Positions 24,761 through 37,503 of a DNA stretch of 64,000 nucleotides are shown piece after piece (position 1 is the stretch's first letter; every line of letters starts with the position of its first letter). The stretch is from Octopus sinensis (taxonomy: Eukaryota), in assembly GCF_006345805.1 (NCBI RefSeq), contig NC_043010.1, positions 28,706,001-28,770,000 on the forward strand. Direction: 5' to 3'. A program made the position numbers and the translations under genes. The notes beneath the pieces were generated by a model, which was not told where the DNA came from, ran no database searches, and worked only from the letters and a program-made list of their open reading frames with translations.

Positions 24761-27700
24761 TAGTAGTAGTAGTAGTGGATTTGGTAGATAGATACTGAAA
24801 GACGCCTGGTGTGTGTGTGTTTGGTGAGACATGTTTTTCATAGAAGACTGGAAATGAACAACACCACTTGTAGGATAATGATTCCTATTTACAACCATCA
24901 CATAGTCTAGACATGGGTACACACACACACACACAAATGATAATGATATTCATTCCATAGTATATTATGGTATAGTCAAAAGAAAGCACTGTTTGGTTAA
25001 CTGTTGTTAAGTCTACTTAAAGCTGAAGCTTTGAGGGACTCTGCCAAACACAATACATTAGAAATCACCCAGATTTTGTTCACTTGTATCTTATCAACAA
25101 TATAAAGAATAAGAACAAATACTGTCAGCTTTACCATGATTTGAACCCTTCCAATTCTGAACTGCTTGAGACCGCCCTTGGTCCTATGATAAAAAAAATC
25201 TGTATTAAAGTGATTTCAATTTTACCCCTTCCATAAAAATGTTCTGGTAATTTATGTTCTAAACACCAGCGGAATAATGACAAAATTATTTTACTAAATT
25301 TTTCATTATTTTCAAAATTAATTGAAACAAAGTCAGCATATTTCAACAGAAATAGGGTAACAAAAAGGTTAACCCATACATAACAAATTTATAATAAATC
25401 ATAGATGTTGGTTAGATGATTGCTCTAACAAATATGCCTGCTGCACTTTGATATCAAATATTCATCAAACAGTTGCCTACAAATGAATTATTTAATATAA
25501 AGTGTGTGAAAAAATTATTAACCAATGATAGTATTCATTGCACCAGTAGTAATAGTGTGTGTTGAGCAGTAAATACAAAAGTAATTTTGGAAGACAAGCC
25601 AAAAGGCAAAAACAGAAAACAATGCTACAATGGACTTTGTGTAAATCATCACTTTAAGATGTGGGCCTATAGTTGGCCACTTCAGCACCAAAATTGCTTG
25701 TGGGTATCTTTGGAATGAGAAACTGCATGTACTACAAGACAAGACAAATGATACCAGAGGGAGAGAAAGCTGTGCTGAGCCCCAATTGACTGGAGTAGGG
25801 AGGTTCCCCACATGTGTGTGGGTGGGTTACCTTGTCTGTTTAACATTTCCAGAACATATCTTGTTTTAATTGCTTTATATAATTTTGTGTTTTTAAATCA
25901 TCATCAGCACCATTCACTTTTCCATGCTTGTATGTATCAGTCAAAATTCATTGAGGCAAATTTCCTCTAGCCAGATGCCCTTCTGGTTGCCAACATCCAG
26001 CAATTTCCAAATTAGTTAATATTTCCTCTTGTCCTTTAAACACAGACATCTATGTATGTAGATGTTTATATCCATGCTTATAGGGGTGAGAAGGTTTTTG
26101 TTGGAGCAGTAGTTTTCAAAATTGGATGCTCCTCTTCTTAGTGCCAACCAATGAACCATGAAAGCAACTGTTTAATCAGCTAAACTGAATGGAGCAGATA
26201 AAATATGGTATTGGTTGCAAGATTTGAACCAATTAACCTGTGGTCATTAATTCAGTAACCTCACAATCATGAGCTATACACACACTAAAACCTTCAGACT
26301 CATCACAAGCTTTAAATTTCCACAATCCCTGATGATCTGTCATAGTGATAATTAATATTTCTAAAGTTGTGCATTACATTACACTGCTAAAGCTGTGTTT
26401 TCTAAAAGACTAATTACTTTTTCATGTACAGCTCTGATTATTTCAGTGATGTGCTACAAAAATTTCAAAAGCTTGAAACTACACCTTGCATATCAGTATT
26501 GTAACTTCACAGGCATGTACACTCACAGACACAAACAGTACACACACATACACACACACTGCAGTCATTAAAAGTGAAGTAAAATGGATTATCTCTATTG
26601 GTTTCAAAGATGAATGTGTTACTTTGATCAGTTGAATTACCATTTAAGTAGCTGAGTTTTCCACAGACAAGTGTTCCCTGAACATAATCTGAGCAAAATC
26701 AACATGGCACAGTATATGTCGAAAAAGCTGAGCCCTTGGTTACAGCTACAGTCCACCCAGAAAGCTTCCCCACAGTTTCTGTGTACTTAGTCATAATGCT
26801 AAGACTTGGGTTAACCTAACAAAAGATACTTGCTCAAATGCTATGTAATGGGATTAACCAAAGACCTTGTGATTCTAATTAAATCCACAGATGTGTTCTC
26901 CCCATTTCTCTGTTCCTTCTATCAGAACTACTATAATGACTCTCTTCATTTGAACTTCCAAGCTATGTGCCCTTCCATCTTCACCTCTGCTGAATTTCCC
27001 CTCATACACCCACATCTCTTCTCATCCTGAAGCGTCGTACCCAATCCTTTTTACCCTGGACTACAAACCTCTGCAACTCCCCCACTGAGCTGTGTGTTTC
27101 CTTACAGCCATTACAGTAGTTCACCAAGTTTGACAAAAAACAAAAAAAGAATCTTTAAAAACACAATTTTGCCTCCACTTACAACAAGTAACACCATGTT
27201 TACAGCAGTCATTTACAGTTAAGTGGACTGGACAATGCTCTAGAGTTAAGTGCCTGTGGCTGTGGTTACATCATTACAACATTGGTGACAGGATACTTAC
27301 TGTTGAGCTTCCTGTCACTTTAGTGACAGGGACAGAAAAAGGGATGAATGGGCAATTGGCTGGCTAGCTGGTTGTCTGTCACTCCTGATTTAATGACCAT
27401 CTACAACTCTCACCTTCATTCCCACTTCAACATTTCTCAGAGTAAAATAAGCAGACAATATTTACAATACATTCCTCGACCCTTCTAACTACGGCACTAT
27501 TTACTCAGCTGCTGTAATTATATGAGAGCAGAATTACCCATATTCCTCTCCTTTCTTGTGCTACTAGTTATCCCTCTCCTTGAAACCACTTCCCTTACCA
27601 CCCATCTTGCTCCCCTATCATCATCATCTTTTTTTCCCATTGAATGCCCTTTTCCCCTGAACACTCTCTTATATCTGTCCAACACAGCCCTCTGTGGATC

Positions 27701-28635
27701 CTGTCAAAACTGTCCCATTCATGATAGTATGGAATATGAGTATTAAATGAAAATGATGGTGATTATTACATGTTTGTACAAGGGTTCAGCAAGGTACAGG
27801 CATGACTGATTAAGAAGTTTGCTTTGCAAACAAGTGGCTTCAGGATCAGTTCTACTGCATGGTGGTTTGGGTGGTGCACGGATGTTGATATTCTATGTTG
27901 TTACCATTTGGACAAACTGGTGGTGGTATTGACATTTTTCCTTGACAGACATTATAACCAGTAGCTCTGTGTTTTCAAAGACCTGGAATGAAAAAAAAAA
28001 TTCCTTAACTTTAAAATTAGGGTTGATGACAGAAAGTGCATCTTACCATAAAATCCTGCCTCAAAATAGCTTTCATCGAACCCATTCTTGAATGGAAAAA
28101 TAGATTTGAAATTAACAAACGTGTAATAGTATTACATGAATAATAGTTTCTGATTTGGACACAAGGGTAGCAGTTTTGAAGGAAGTGGGTTAGTTCATTC
28201 CGTTGACCCTATAGTATCAATTATTGTTTGGTGACTGAAAGATGTTATTGTATTATTTGCTCATATTAGTTCAAACTAAGTGAAAGACTTTAATCAACAT
28301 TTCTGGGCTGAACACTTTATTACACATTCTCTCAGTTTATTCAGTTGTGTACAATACAGACCAGATCATTAGAGAAATGTTACTAGTCGACTATTCTGGA
28401 GAAGTTTCATGAAACTAGAGCAGTAATACTTCACTTACATCCTCACGAAGGACAAAACTTACACCTATTTTCTCACAACAAATAAACTTTAACCAGGTAC
28501 TTGTGAGCTCACAGGGAACATTGAGTGTTTTGAGGGGTTGTGATTTTTCTAAGAAATAAAATATTTAAACAATCTTCAGTATTTAATTTTAAACCTTTTG
28601 TTACCATATTTCTGTTGAGATACATTTTGTATGTT

Positions 28636-29018
28636 TCTTTTACTTGTTTCAGTCATTTCACTGTGACCATGCTGGGGCACCACCTTGAAGGGTTTTCTTA
28701 GTCAAACAAATCAACCACAGGACTTATATTTTTAAGCCTGACACTTATTGTATCAGTCTCTTTTACCCAACTGCTAAGTTCGTGGACATAACATGCCAAC
28801 ACTGGTTATCAAGCAGTGATGGTGGGGGACAAACACAAAGGCACACACACATAGATACGTGTGTGTGTATTTATTTATTTATACGCACACTTATATATCG
28901 GGCGTCTTTCAGTTTCCATTTACCACATCCATCCACAAGGCTTTGGTTGAACCAAGGTTATAGTGGGTGACACTTGCCCATGGTTCCATGCAGTGGAACC
29001 ATGTGGTTGGGAAGCAAA
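28636..29018 (-). mobile_element. SINE family B copy nested in a piggyBac-like MITE remnant
   Basis: Family B motifs. The flanks (28589-28630, 29020-29130) are the reverse complement of parts of the 25140-25373 element that ends ...aaaaggttaa. Confidence 0.65.
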
Positions 29019-31067
29019 ATAACTGTCATTATTAAAATGGTGTTTGGTACATAAATTTGCATGAAATTTTGATGGAAGGTTTTAATGTAGATTTCTTTAA
29101 AACAAAAAGTTTGCATTACAGAAACAAGTTCAAAACATTTTTGCTAGGATTAAGATAAACATAGGACAATGTGTTATCAGTGATCAGAAACATGACATGT
29201 TGTGCCAAGGACCAGTATATAATTTCATTGATAAGTTCTTACCTTCTTTAATAATTTCTACATAAATTTAAAACAGAAAGCACCAGTCCATGTTATAAGG
29301 AGTATGGATAACAAACCACTGCACAAAATTAGCTTCTGTTTCATTACATTTTATTTGCTTTTTTTTTTTTGTTTTCTTTTTACAAGGTAAAGGACTGGGG
29401 GGTATATGTAAATCATTAATTTGTGGAAGGAGGTACTAAGGAACCAAAAAGTTGAGAGCACTGGACTGGAATTTCATTGTGATTCTTAGCAAGATATTTA
29501 ATTCTTCATTACCTCTGTTCAGCTGTGAAGAAATAGACACAAGGTTTGTGTAGAAAAGTTATCTGAAATAGGACCATGCACCTATCTGAAGTGGGTGTGG
29601 GTTATTGAACTGAGGACTAAATTTTTAGGTTCATCTATTATGTAAAAGGTTAACTTCACTATGTTAGCTGTGTAGGTGGAAATGGTCATGGGAATGTGGA
29701 TCTAACTTTCTCTGTCTTCAACATTATTAATGTTAGTAAGGTCCTGGGAAACTAGTTCTGGGCTTCGTGTTTCATTCTCTATCATTGTTATTATTGTCCT
29801 AACTTCACCCAGTAGTGGGGCCCTGACTTGGTAGTTCCAGGTTTTTGAGGAGTGTGGAACCACCTATTAGTCATTAGTGTTTCTGGGCCTTCTCTGACTT
29901 GGAGTAGTAGCACTTGTCAGGGTCCTGGTTACGGAAAAATTCCAAGCACAACCCTCACTGCCTTGTGAGTGCCTCAGGAAAGGAGGTTAGGGAAGTCAAA
30001 GTTGACAGCAAATCTAGGAGTGGAGTACCTCAGGTAGTCCAGTGTTCTCTTTGATACCCTTCTGGCAACTCCAGAGTAGGTGGGGGCTCTCCAGCCCTGT
30101 AGGGCAATTCATCTGGAAGGCCACTCCAATGTAAAAGCTAACAGCTTGCTGCTCACAGCAGCCATCTTAGCCTGTTGAGTCATTATGATGAGATCTCTAA
30201 GATTAAAGAGAGATCAGATTGTGTGGACTGAGTTTTTGCTTTAAACTACTAAGCACAAGCAGGAAGAAGAGCTCTGCAGTGATGGAGATGAAAATGACAG
30301 GTGCTAGATGATCTTGGCAGTCATTGCCTCATCTTTGCATATGAGCAGCTTCTCTTCCACTAGCCTTTGTTTAATTAAGATGGTATGGTGTGATTTGGTT
30401 GATATTTCTAGTAAATTAAAGAACTGTATCAAAGCTCTATCATTGTAAGTGCCATTGGTTGCATAATTCACTAGTGTACATGATATCACTGCAAAAATGA
30501 TGAATGTTTGGGTAGCTTGGAGACCAAACACATCTTTTGACAGGCAAAGTTACCCTCTAGTAGCCAGCATGTTATCTCTGGGGAACTTATCTTTCATCTA
30601 CTAGGAAAACCAGAAATAAGGAACAAAGGATCTCATTATTTCGAAAATATGATTTTAAAATTTGAAATCTGTGAAACCAAAATTATTTTCACTAACTTAG
30701 AGTGTGTATAGGTGGGTTGGTATTCAAATTTTAAATAACAAATTAAAAAACGAAACAGAAATCTAACTCAAATTAGGAATAAGTAAACTAGTTTACAATT
30801 TGTCTTTGAATTTTGGTTCAAATTTCTATTTTGGATTCTGTTGATTTTTACTTGAGATTATCATCATCATTATTGAATGTCCACTCTTTCATGCTTGCAT
30901 AGGTCACATGAAATTTGTTGAGGCAGACTTTCTATGGTTTGATGCCCTTCCTATCACTAACCCTCACCTGTTTCCAAGCAAGGTAATACTTCCCCATGGC
31001 CAGACATGTTTTCCATAGAAGACTGTAAATGAGCAGCATCACTTTTATGACAATGATGATCATTTAT

Positions 31068-31339
31068 AGTTCTATATTTAACAGATGAGGAATTATCTAC
31101 ATTATTTACATTCGACAGATATTTGTCCTCATCTTGTTTGTTGTTAACACGTTTCAGCTGATACACCCTCTAGCCTTCTTCAGGTGTCTTGGGGAAATTT
31201 CGAACCTGAAATTCCTGAGGTATTCTTCGATGTTATTATTATTATTATTATTATTGTTGTTGTTGTTCAGGTCACTGCTTGGAATTGAACTTGGAATCTT
31301 GGGATTAGTAGCCCGCGCTCTTAACCACTACGCCATATG
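31068..31339 (-). mobile_element. tRNA-headed short element carrying a defective hammerhead motif
   Basis: Minus strand: tggcgtagtggttaagagcgc (A box) ... aagttcaattcc (B box-like), then (AAC/AAT)n, then gacac CTGAAGA aggct...agct GAAAC gtgtt. Confidence 0.6.
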
Positions 31340-32614
31340 TTGAAACATAAATTTTTTTTTTTTTTGCCTTTTGGTGCAAAATGCATTCTTTATATCACTA
31401 GCTGGGAGATAAATCCCTGTCACCTCCAGTGCCAAGACCATCAGATCATGTGATTTTGACCTTCCTTGGCCTTGTCAATGATGGACACTTAACCACTAGA
31501 AATAGCAGTGATTTATCTCCCTGCCAGGGAGGGATAAGTAAAGGCACCTTGCTGTAAGAGATAAAAGGAAGGTTGTGCCACCAGTATGAAAAATGCACCC
31601 AGCAACTCACAAAACTATGAAGCATGGGGTAAGGTGGGGTAAAATTCAGTTTTATTCTAGGTAATGAAGTATTAGAGTATGAGCAAGGTGGGGATGGAGC
31701 AATGCAGGTTGTTGTAGAGGATTTGGCTACTCATATATCTGCTGACTAATTAAAAAAAAGAAATTTAATTGAAATTTATTTCAGTTTAAGTAATTTATAA
31801 CTGTTTACTTATAAGATTTTGAGACTAAAGTGTGATTTACATTTTATTGGGTTCCTCCACCACCCATCTTAAATGTTTTTGCTAAAGTATATTGAAGCAT
31901 AGGAAAGTTTTTTATTCTGAATATAGCAATTAAATATAACAGAAATAAGTGATGTAAAGTGGATGGTCTATTGTAAATAAATGGTTTAAATTGGTCCACT
32001 TGAGAATTATGTGATCCAGTAAGATGATAAAATTATAGGAATAAGTAATAACGACAATGATAGTGACCTATTGTGAATGAAAGTCTTTAATTGGTCCACT
32101 TATGAAATACTTGTGAAATACTTAAAGAGAATTAAGGAAGTTTCACACACATGTACACACATACATGCCGATACATGTACATGCACACACACACACATAT
32201 ATTTATATATATATAAATATGCATGCACATGCATATATGTATTATATTAATAAGAATGAATGAACATTATATTTAACTTTGAACATATACTATCAAATTT
32301 GGTAAGTTGTATGTTTATATTGGTAATGCTATAACTCTGTAATTTCTACATGCTCTAGACTTTTGTTTGCTTCAGAAAGGCTTTAGTTGTGGTAACTAAA
32401 GACAAAGTTAAGAACCAGATTTCATCTAAATAGTAAAGTATATCTCCTGTAATATTGTAGGTAGACACAGGGAGGTGTTCCACATGGTTACTTGGTATGT
32501 GAGAAATAGTAGTTAAGTCTACCTCATCACACACAAAGATAGACGGATACATTGGGTATTGTAGTCCCTTGATACACCAAAAGGTAGGATAGTTACTAGA
32601 TGAACACTTAATAA

Positions 32615-33190
32615 GATAGTGAACTAGCAGAACCATTAGCACATTGGACAAAATGCTTAGCAACATTTCTTCTGGTTTTACATTCTGAGTTCAAAATCTG
32701 CCAGGGTCGGCTTTGCCTTTCATCCATTTAGGGTTGATGAAATAAATACCAGTTGAGAGCTGGGGTTGATGTGATTGACTATTTCCCCACCCCCAAAATT
32801 TCAGGCCTCGTGTCTATAGTAGAAAATATTCTTATTATTATTTAAAGCAGTGAGCTGGTAGAATTGATAGCACACCAGGCGAAAAATGCTTAGCGGTATT
32901 TCATCATCTCCATGTTCTGAGTTCAAATTCTGCTGAGGTCAACTTTGCCTTTCATGCTTTCAGGGTCGATAGAATAAGTACCAGTTGAGGGGGGGGTCAA
33001 TGTAATTGACTATCTCCCTCCCCAAAATTTCAGGCCTTGTGCCTGTAGTAGAAAATATTGTTATCATCATTATTATTATTATTCGGATGGCAAACTGGCA
33101 GAATCAATAGCATACAGGGCAAAATGCTTTGTAGCATTTCATCCGTCTTCACATTCTGAGTTCAAATACCACCAATAGTAGAAAGTATTA
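32615..33190 (+). mobile_element. Three head-to-tail SINE family A copies
   Basis: Units start at about 32615, 32845 and 33085, separated by (ATT)-rich tails. Confidence 0.85.
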
Positions 33191-33259
33191 TTGTTTGATT
33201 TGACTCAAATTTGTTCTTATTCTTGGTAGAATTTATGTGGATAGTGGATTACTGCTTGT

Positions 33260-34400
33260 GGCCTCAAGCTCTCAATAACTTTTAAGTGCTCAAAATTTTT
33301 CTGATAATCTTCCCCATTTCTGAGAAGCAGACTTTCTATAAAAGCTCTACGGGACATTCTATTCCAATCTCCTTCAACCATTTCTCTATATCTTTACTCA
33401 CAATTTCTGATGTACCAATTATTACAGGCACAATCTTACAGTTTTCATATTCCAAATTCTCGCAATTTCAAATTTTAAAGGATTGTATTTTTTAAAATTT
33501 TTTCATCATCTTTCTTTACAATCCAGGAATCAAATGGATATGATTGATTAATTAGTGAGCAACTTTGCTTCTCCTGGTCTATTATTGTTATGTCTGGTTT
33601 ATTATTTTCTGGCTTATCCATTTGAATAGGAAAATCCCATAAAAATCTTGCATTTCTTCAACTTAAACAGTCTTTCAGGTTGATTATCATACAAGTACTT
33701 CCAGTGGAAAACTTATGCCTCCATTTCTTATATTCACCCTGAACCAATTTGGAACATTCTGAAACAATGTGTGCCATTATTTCATCTCAAATTCCACACA
33801 CCCTACATTTTGCTGAAGCCTCCCCATACACTTATTTTCTCAAGTTTGTTTTTAATACTTGATCTTGAGCTGCTCTGTTTCTTTATTCCAATGCTCTTTT
33901 TTCAACCAAGCCCTGGTTTTTGTTTCACATTCATCTGTGGTTTTCCAAAACTGACCATGCAAAGGTTTCTCTACAATCTCTTTAACATGCTCTTTTCGAA
34001 TTTCATTTTTGCCCTTTTCTTTTATTCCACACTCGATCTGTTCTTTATTCGTTGTCTTCAGTAATTTTTCTGTGCTGTTCTGTAAATATTCTACTAGGTT
34101 TTTTTTTTTCTTTCCATCTATGCACACTCTTTCACAGCAATTAAGCTCCTTCCACTCTGGTCAAGTATAACTAGTTATCAGCTTTGGGGCAATGGGCTCT
34201 ATACAATACCAATAGCTTTCTAGTTTTTCTGTCAAGTTTCTGTAATTAGCTGTTTGTCCATTCTACAATTCCAACTCCTTATCTGATTACCAATACTGCT
34301 CTTGAATTTATTGTTTCAATAGCATTTTTTAAAATTCAGCTTTGTAATATTTTTCTCACATTTCCTACTTGTAATTTACTCCATCTCTTCATGTTTTATT
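33260..34400 (-). mobile_element. Decayed Dong/R4-clade non-LTR retrotransposon, 3' part
   Basis: Minus-strand remnants KPLHGQFW...WLKK...KETE and WDFPIQMDK...NKPDITID match motifs of R4/Dong elements with a restriction-like endonuclease (from recall). Many frameshifts. Confidence 0.7.
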
Positions 34401-34406
34401 TTGAAC

Positions 34407-34891
34407 TACATGGTTCTGGGTTCAGTCCCACTCCATGGCACCTTGGGCAAGTGTCTTCTACTATAGCCTCAGGTCAACCAAAGCCTTGTGTGTAGATTTG
34501 GTAGACGGAAACTGAAAGAAGCCCATCATATGTATATATATATGTGTGTATATATATATAAAGGGTAAAGACCCCTTTCGGTCATGAATGACCATGGGAT
34601 TGCACCTAGAAAGTTACCCTCCTAGACACAAGTCCGGGCAAGGTTGTTTATGGAAGACCAGCAACCGCCCATGCATACTGGCCTCCCCTCTCCACGCCAC
34701 CAGTGTTATCCAAGGGAAAGACAAAGGTCAATACAGCTTGGCACCAGTGACGTCGCAACTCATTTCTACAGCTGAGTGAACTGGAGCAGCGTGAAATAAA
34801 GTGCCTTGCTCAAGAACACAACACACAGCCCAGTCCAGGATTCGAGCTCACAACCTCACGATCGTAAGCTCGACACTCTAACCACTGAGCC

Positions 34892-34923
<32 letters not shown>

Positions 34924-35140
34924 GTATGTTTGTGTGTCTGTTTGTCCTCCCCAACATTGCTTGACAACTGATGCTGGTATGTTTACGTCCCCATAACTTA
35001 GCGGTTCAGCATAAGAGACCGGTAGAATAAGTACTAGGCTTACAAAGTATAAGTCCTGAGGTTGATGTGCTCAACTAAAGCCGGTGCTCCAGCATGGCCA
35101 CAGTCAAATGACTGAAACAAGTAAAGGAGTAAAAGAGAGA
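34407..35140 (+). mobile_element. SINE family B, sense copy interrupted by a family D element
   Basis: catggttctgggttcagtcccact...ccttgggcaagtgtcttctactatag and, after the insert, ...actgaaacaagtaaaggagtaaaagag. Confidence 0.85.
34561..34891 (-). mobile_element. SINE family D, near full-length, nested in the (TA)n tract of a family B copy
   Basis: Minus-strand head ggctcagtggttagagtgtcgagct...gagctcgaatcc and gtgttgtgttcttgagcaaggcacttt. Flanked by (TA)n on both sides. Confidence 0.85.
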
Positions 35141-35659
35141 GTATCATTGTCACTATCATTATTGTTTTAAATGTTAACATTTGTTTTACTGTGTTTGCAT
35201 GCAGCAAATGAAATTTGTTGAAGCTGATTGTCCATACTGGATGCTCTTCCTCTCCCCAACCTTACTTGTTTCCAAACAAATATTTTCCCATAACCAGGCA
35301 TGTGTCATGGACTGTTAAAAAGAAAGTGACACCACCTATATGGTGACACTTGTTTACTACTATAGCTTGTCAAGAAAAGAATACACAAGTGCACATAGAC
35401 ACACATGCACACACACACACACATGTATGTGTTGTGTATATGTATACAATAGACTTCTTTCAGTTTCCATCTACCACATCTATTCATAAGGTTCCGGCCA
35501 GCTGGGTCTATAGTAGAAGACTCTTACCCAAGATGCCATACAACAGGACTGAACTTGAAGCCACAAAGTTGGGAAACAAACTTCTTAACCACATGGCTGT
35601 GTGTGTGTGTGTGTGTATGTAGGTATGCGTGTGTATTTGTGTGTAAATGTGAATATATA

Positions 35660-35705
<46 letters not shown>

Positions 35706-35810
35706 ATATACCGGAGTAAACACATAAATGTGAAACAAGGTGGAAAAAAGAGTACTCAAATACCAGTGGTAGAGTTATATGCTTTATTTTAAGCAGCAGA
35801 AAATTCAACA

Positions 35811-35857
35811 AAATCTGTTACTCCGAGTTTCTCGTTGCCATTCATCAGACAGTTTTT
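35811..35857 (-). ncRNA. Type-I minimal hammerhead ribozyme motif
   Basis: Minus strand: aaaactgt CTGATGA a-tg-gcaa-cg-a GAAA ctcggagT A acagattt. Confidence 0.65.
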
Positions 35858-36463
35858 GCTAGAATGGAACCGATATATCAATTCAATCTAGACTCTTACA
35901 AACGCTACACCTTTAAAAAAAAAATGGACTTGTTTGATTGGCCCTTTAGAAAAAACGGTCAATCTTCGAGCGATAAACAAAAAGGTCAAAAATATATGTA
36001 TATATATATAAAAACTTATAAAAATTATAAAATTCGAGGAAAAAACCTTACATTGAATAAAATACATATTGACGTTAATGAAGAAAGTATAATTAAAGCA
36101 TAGAAATTAAAACCTATTATAAATATTACACTGCAATACATATTTATATTAAAGTGTACATATGTATATCAACATACACAGAAGGATGCGTGCAAACGCC
36201 ATACATGTACAGATGTATACATATAAATCTAAAATATACACATAAATGCATGCGTACATATATGCACGCAATCCATCTCGCACGCAAGTTAAAATCATCT
36301 ATGTAGCGATTCTCATATACTGAGTAAGGGGGATGTAGAGTTGCATTAGTATCAGTTAGAGAAAAAAACGACAGAAAGGAAGAGAGAGAAAAAGGAACGA
36401 AGAAGGGGGAAGGAAAAAAAGAAAAGGGAGGGGTGGGGGAAAAAACGAAATAAGAAAAAAGAA

Positions 36464-36510
36464 AAAACTGTCTGATGAACGGCAACGAGAAACTCAGAGT
36501 AACAGATTTT
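36464..36510 (+). ncRNA. Type-I minimal hammerhead ribozyme motif on the sense strand of the intron
   Basis: aaaactgt CTGATGA(36472-78) a-cg-gcaa-cg-a GAAA(36489-92) ctcagagT A(36501) acagatttt. Helix I is ctgt/acag and helix III is actc/gagt. Confidence 0.7.
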
Positions 36511-36656
36511 GTTGAATTTTCTGCTGCTTAAAATAAAGTATATATATATATATATAAGAGTTGTAGTCTGTTAGGAATGTGGTAGAGTACAGTCTAAAGC
36601 TCATCCATATTCAAATACATACATGTATATCCATACCTATATTTAGGCAACTATGT

Positions 36657-37295
36657 ATCATCATCATCATCATCATCATTTAACGTCCGCTTCCATGCTA
36701 GCATGGGTTGGACGGTTCAACTGGGGTCTGGGGAGCCCGAAAGCTGCACCAGTCCAGTCAGATCTGGCAGTGTTTCTACAGCTGGATGCCCTTCCTAACG
36801 CCAACCACTCCGAGAGTGTAGTGGGTGATTTTATGTGCCACCGACACAGGTGCCAGACGAGGCTGGCAAACGGCCACGCTCGGATGGTGTTTTTATGTGC
36901 CACCGACACAGGTGCCAGACGAGGCTGGCAGACGGCCACGCTCGGATGGTGGTTTTTTATGTGCCACCGACACAGGTGCCAGACGAGGCTGGCAGACGGC
37001 CACGCTCGGATGGTGTTTTTATGTGCCACCGACACAGGTGCCAGACGAGGCTGGCAGACGGCCACGCTCGGATGGTGTTTTTATGTGCCACCAACACAGG
37101 TGCCAGATGAGGCTGGCAAACGGCCACGATCGGATGGTGCTTGTTACGTGCCCACAGCACGGAGGCCAGTCGATGCGGTACTGGCTACGGCCACGTTCGG
37201 ATGGTTTTCTTATGTGCCACGTGCCACCGGCACTGGTACCACAAAGATACAAATTCCATTGATGTTCATCTATTTTGATTTGTTTTGATTTGATT
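36657..37295 (-). mobile_element. Retroposon family C, full-length young copy with an expanded internal tandem repeat
   Basis: Both ends match the reverse complement of 4562-4932, and the interior holds five 62-64-bp units plus a diverged one. Confidence 0.88.
36829..37210. repeat. 62-bp GC-rich minisatellite (5 near-identical units plus 1 diverged)
   Basis: atgtgccacc anchors at 36833, 36895, 36959, 37021 and 37083; a diverged unit starts at 37146. Confidence 0.95.
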
Positions 37296-37311
37296 TTTTT
37301 TTTTTTTTTTT

Positions 37312-37342
<31 letters not shown>

Positions 37343-37443
37343 CCCTCTCGGATTTGTGGGTATATATACATACCCACATAGATAAGTAAGTAAACCTACC
37401 ACTTTGACTTGCGCATACATATAGCAAATCACATGTGTATACA

Positions 37444-37502
<59 letters not shown>

Positions 37503-37503
<1 letters not shown>

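Larger units (their letters stand above)
35711..36545. mobile_element. Non-coding Penelope-like mini-element with ~82-bp inverted repeats, each containing a hammerhead motif
   Basis: 35776-35857 is the reverse complement of 36463-36544 with about 3 mismatches. The element lies between (TA)n tracts. Confidence 0.75.

Noticed and set aside
26940-27160. L2/CR1-type LINE 3' end (SFLPWT.NL.NS...VF)
   Set aside because: Too short and degraded to call by eye.
31270-31339. Functional tRNA gene
   Set aside because: The acceptor and T stems are imperfect, and it is attached to a repeat body. Treated as a SINE head.
36829-37210. CRISPR-like regular array
   Set aside because: The units are contiguous repeats with no unique spacers, there are no cas genes, and the context is eukaryotic. 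It is a minisatellite inside a retroposon.
36653-37288. 211-aa ORF and overlapping ORFs
   Set aside because: They are open only because the GC-rich tandem repeat lacks stops, and the same peptides appear in all frames.
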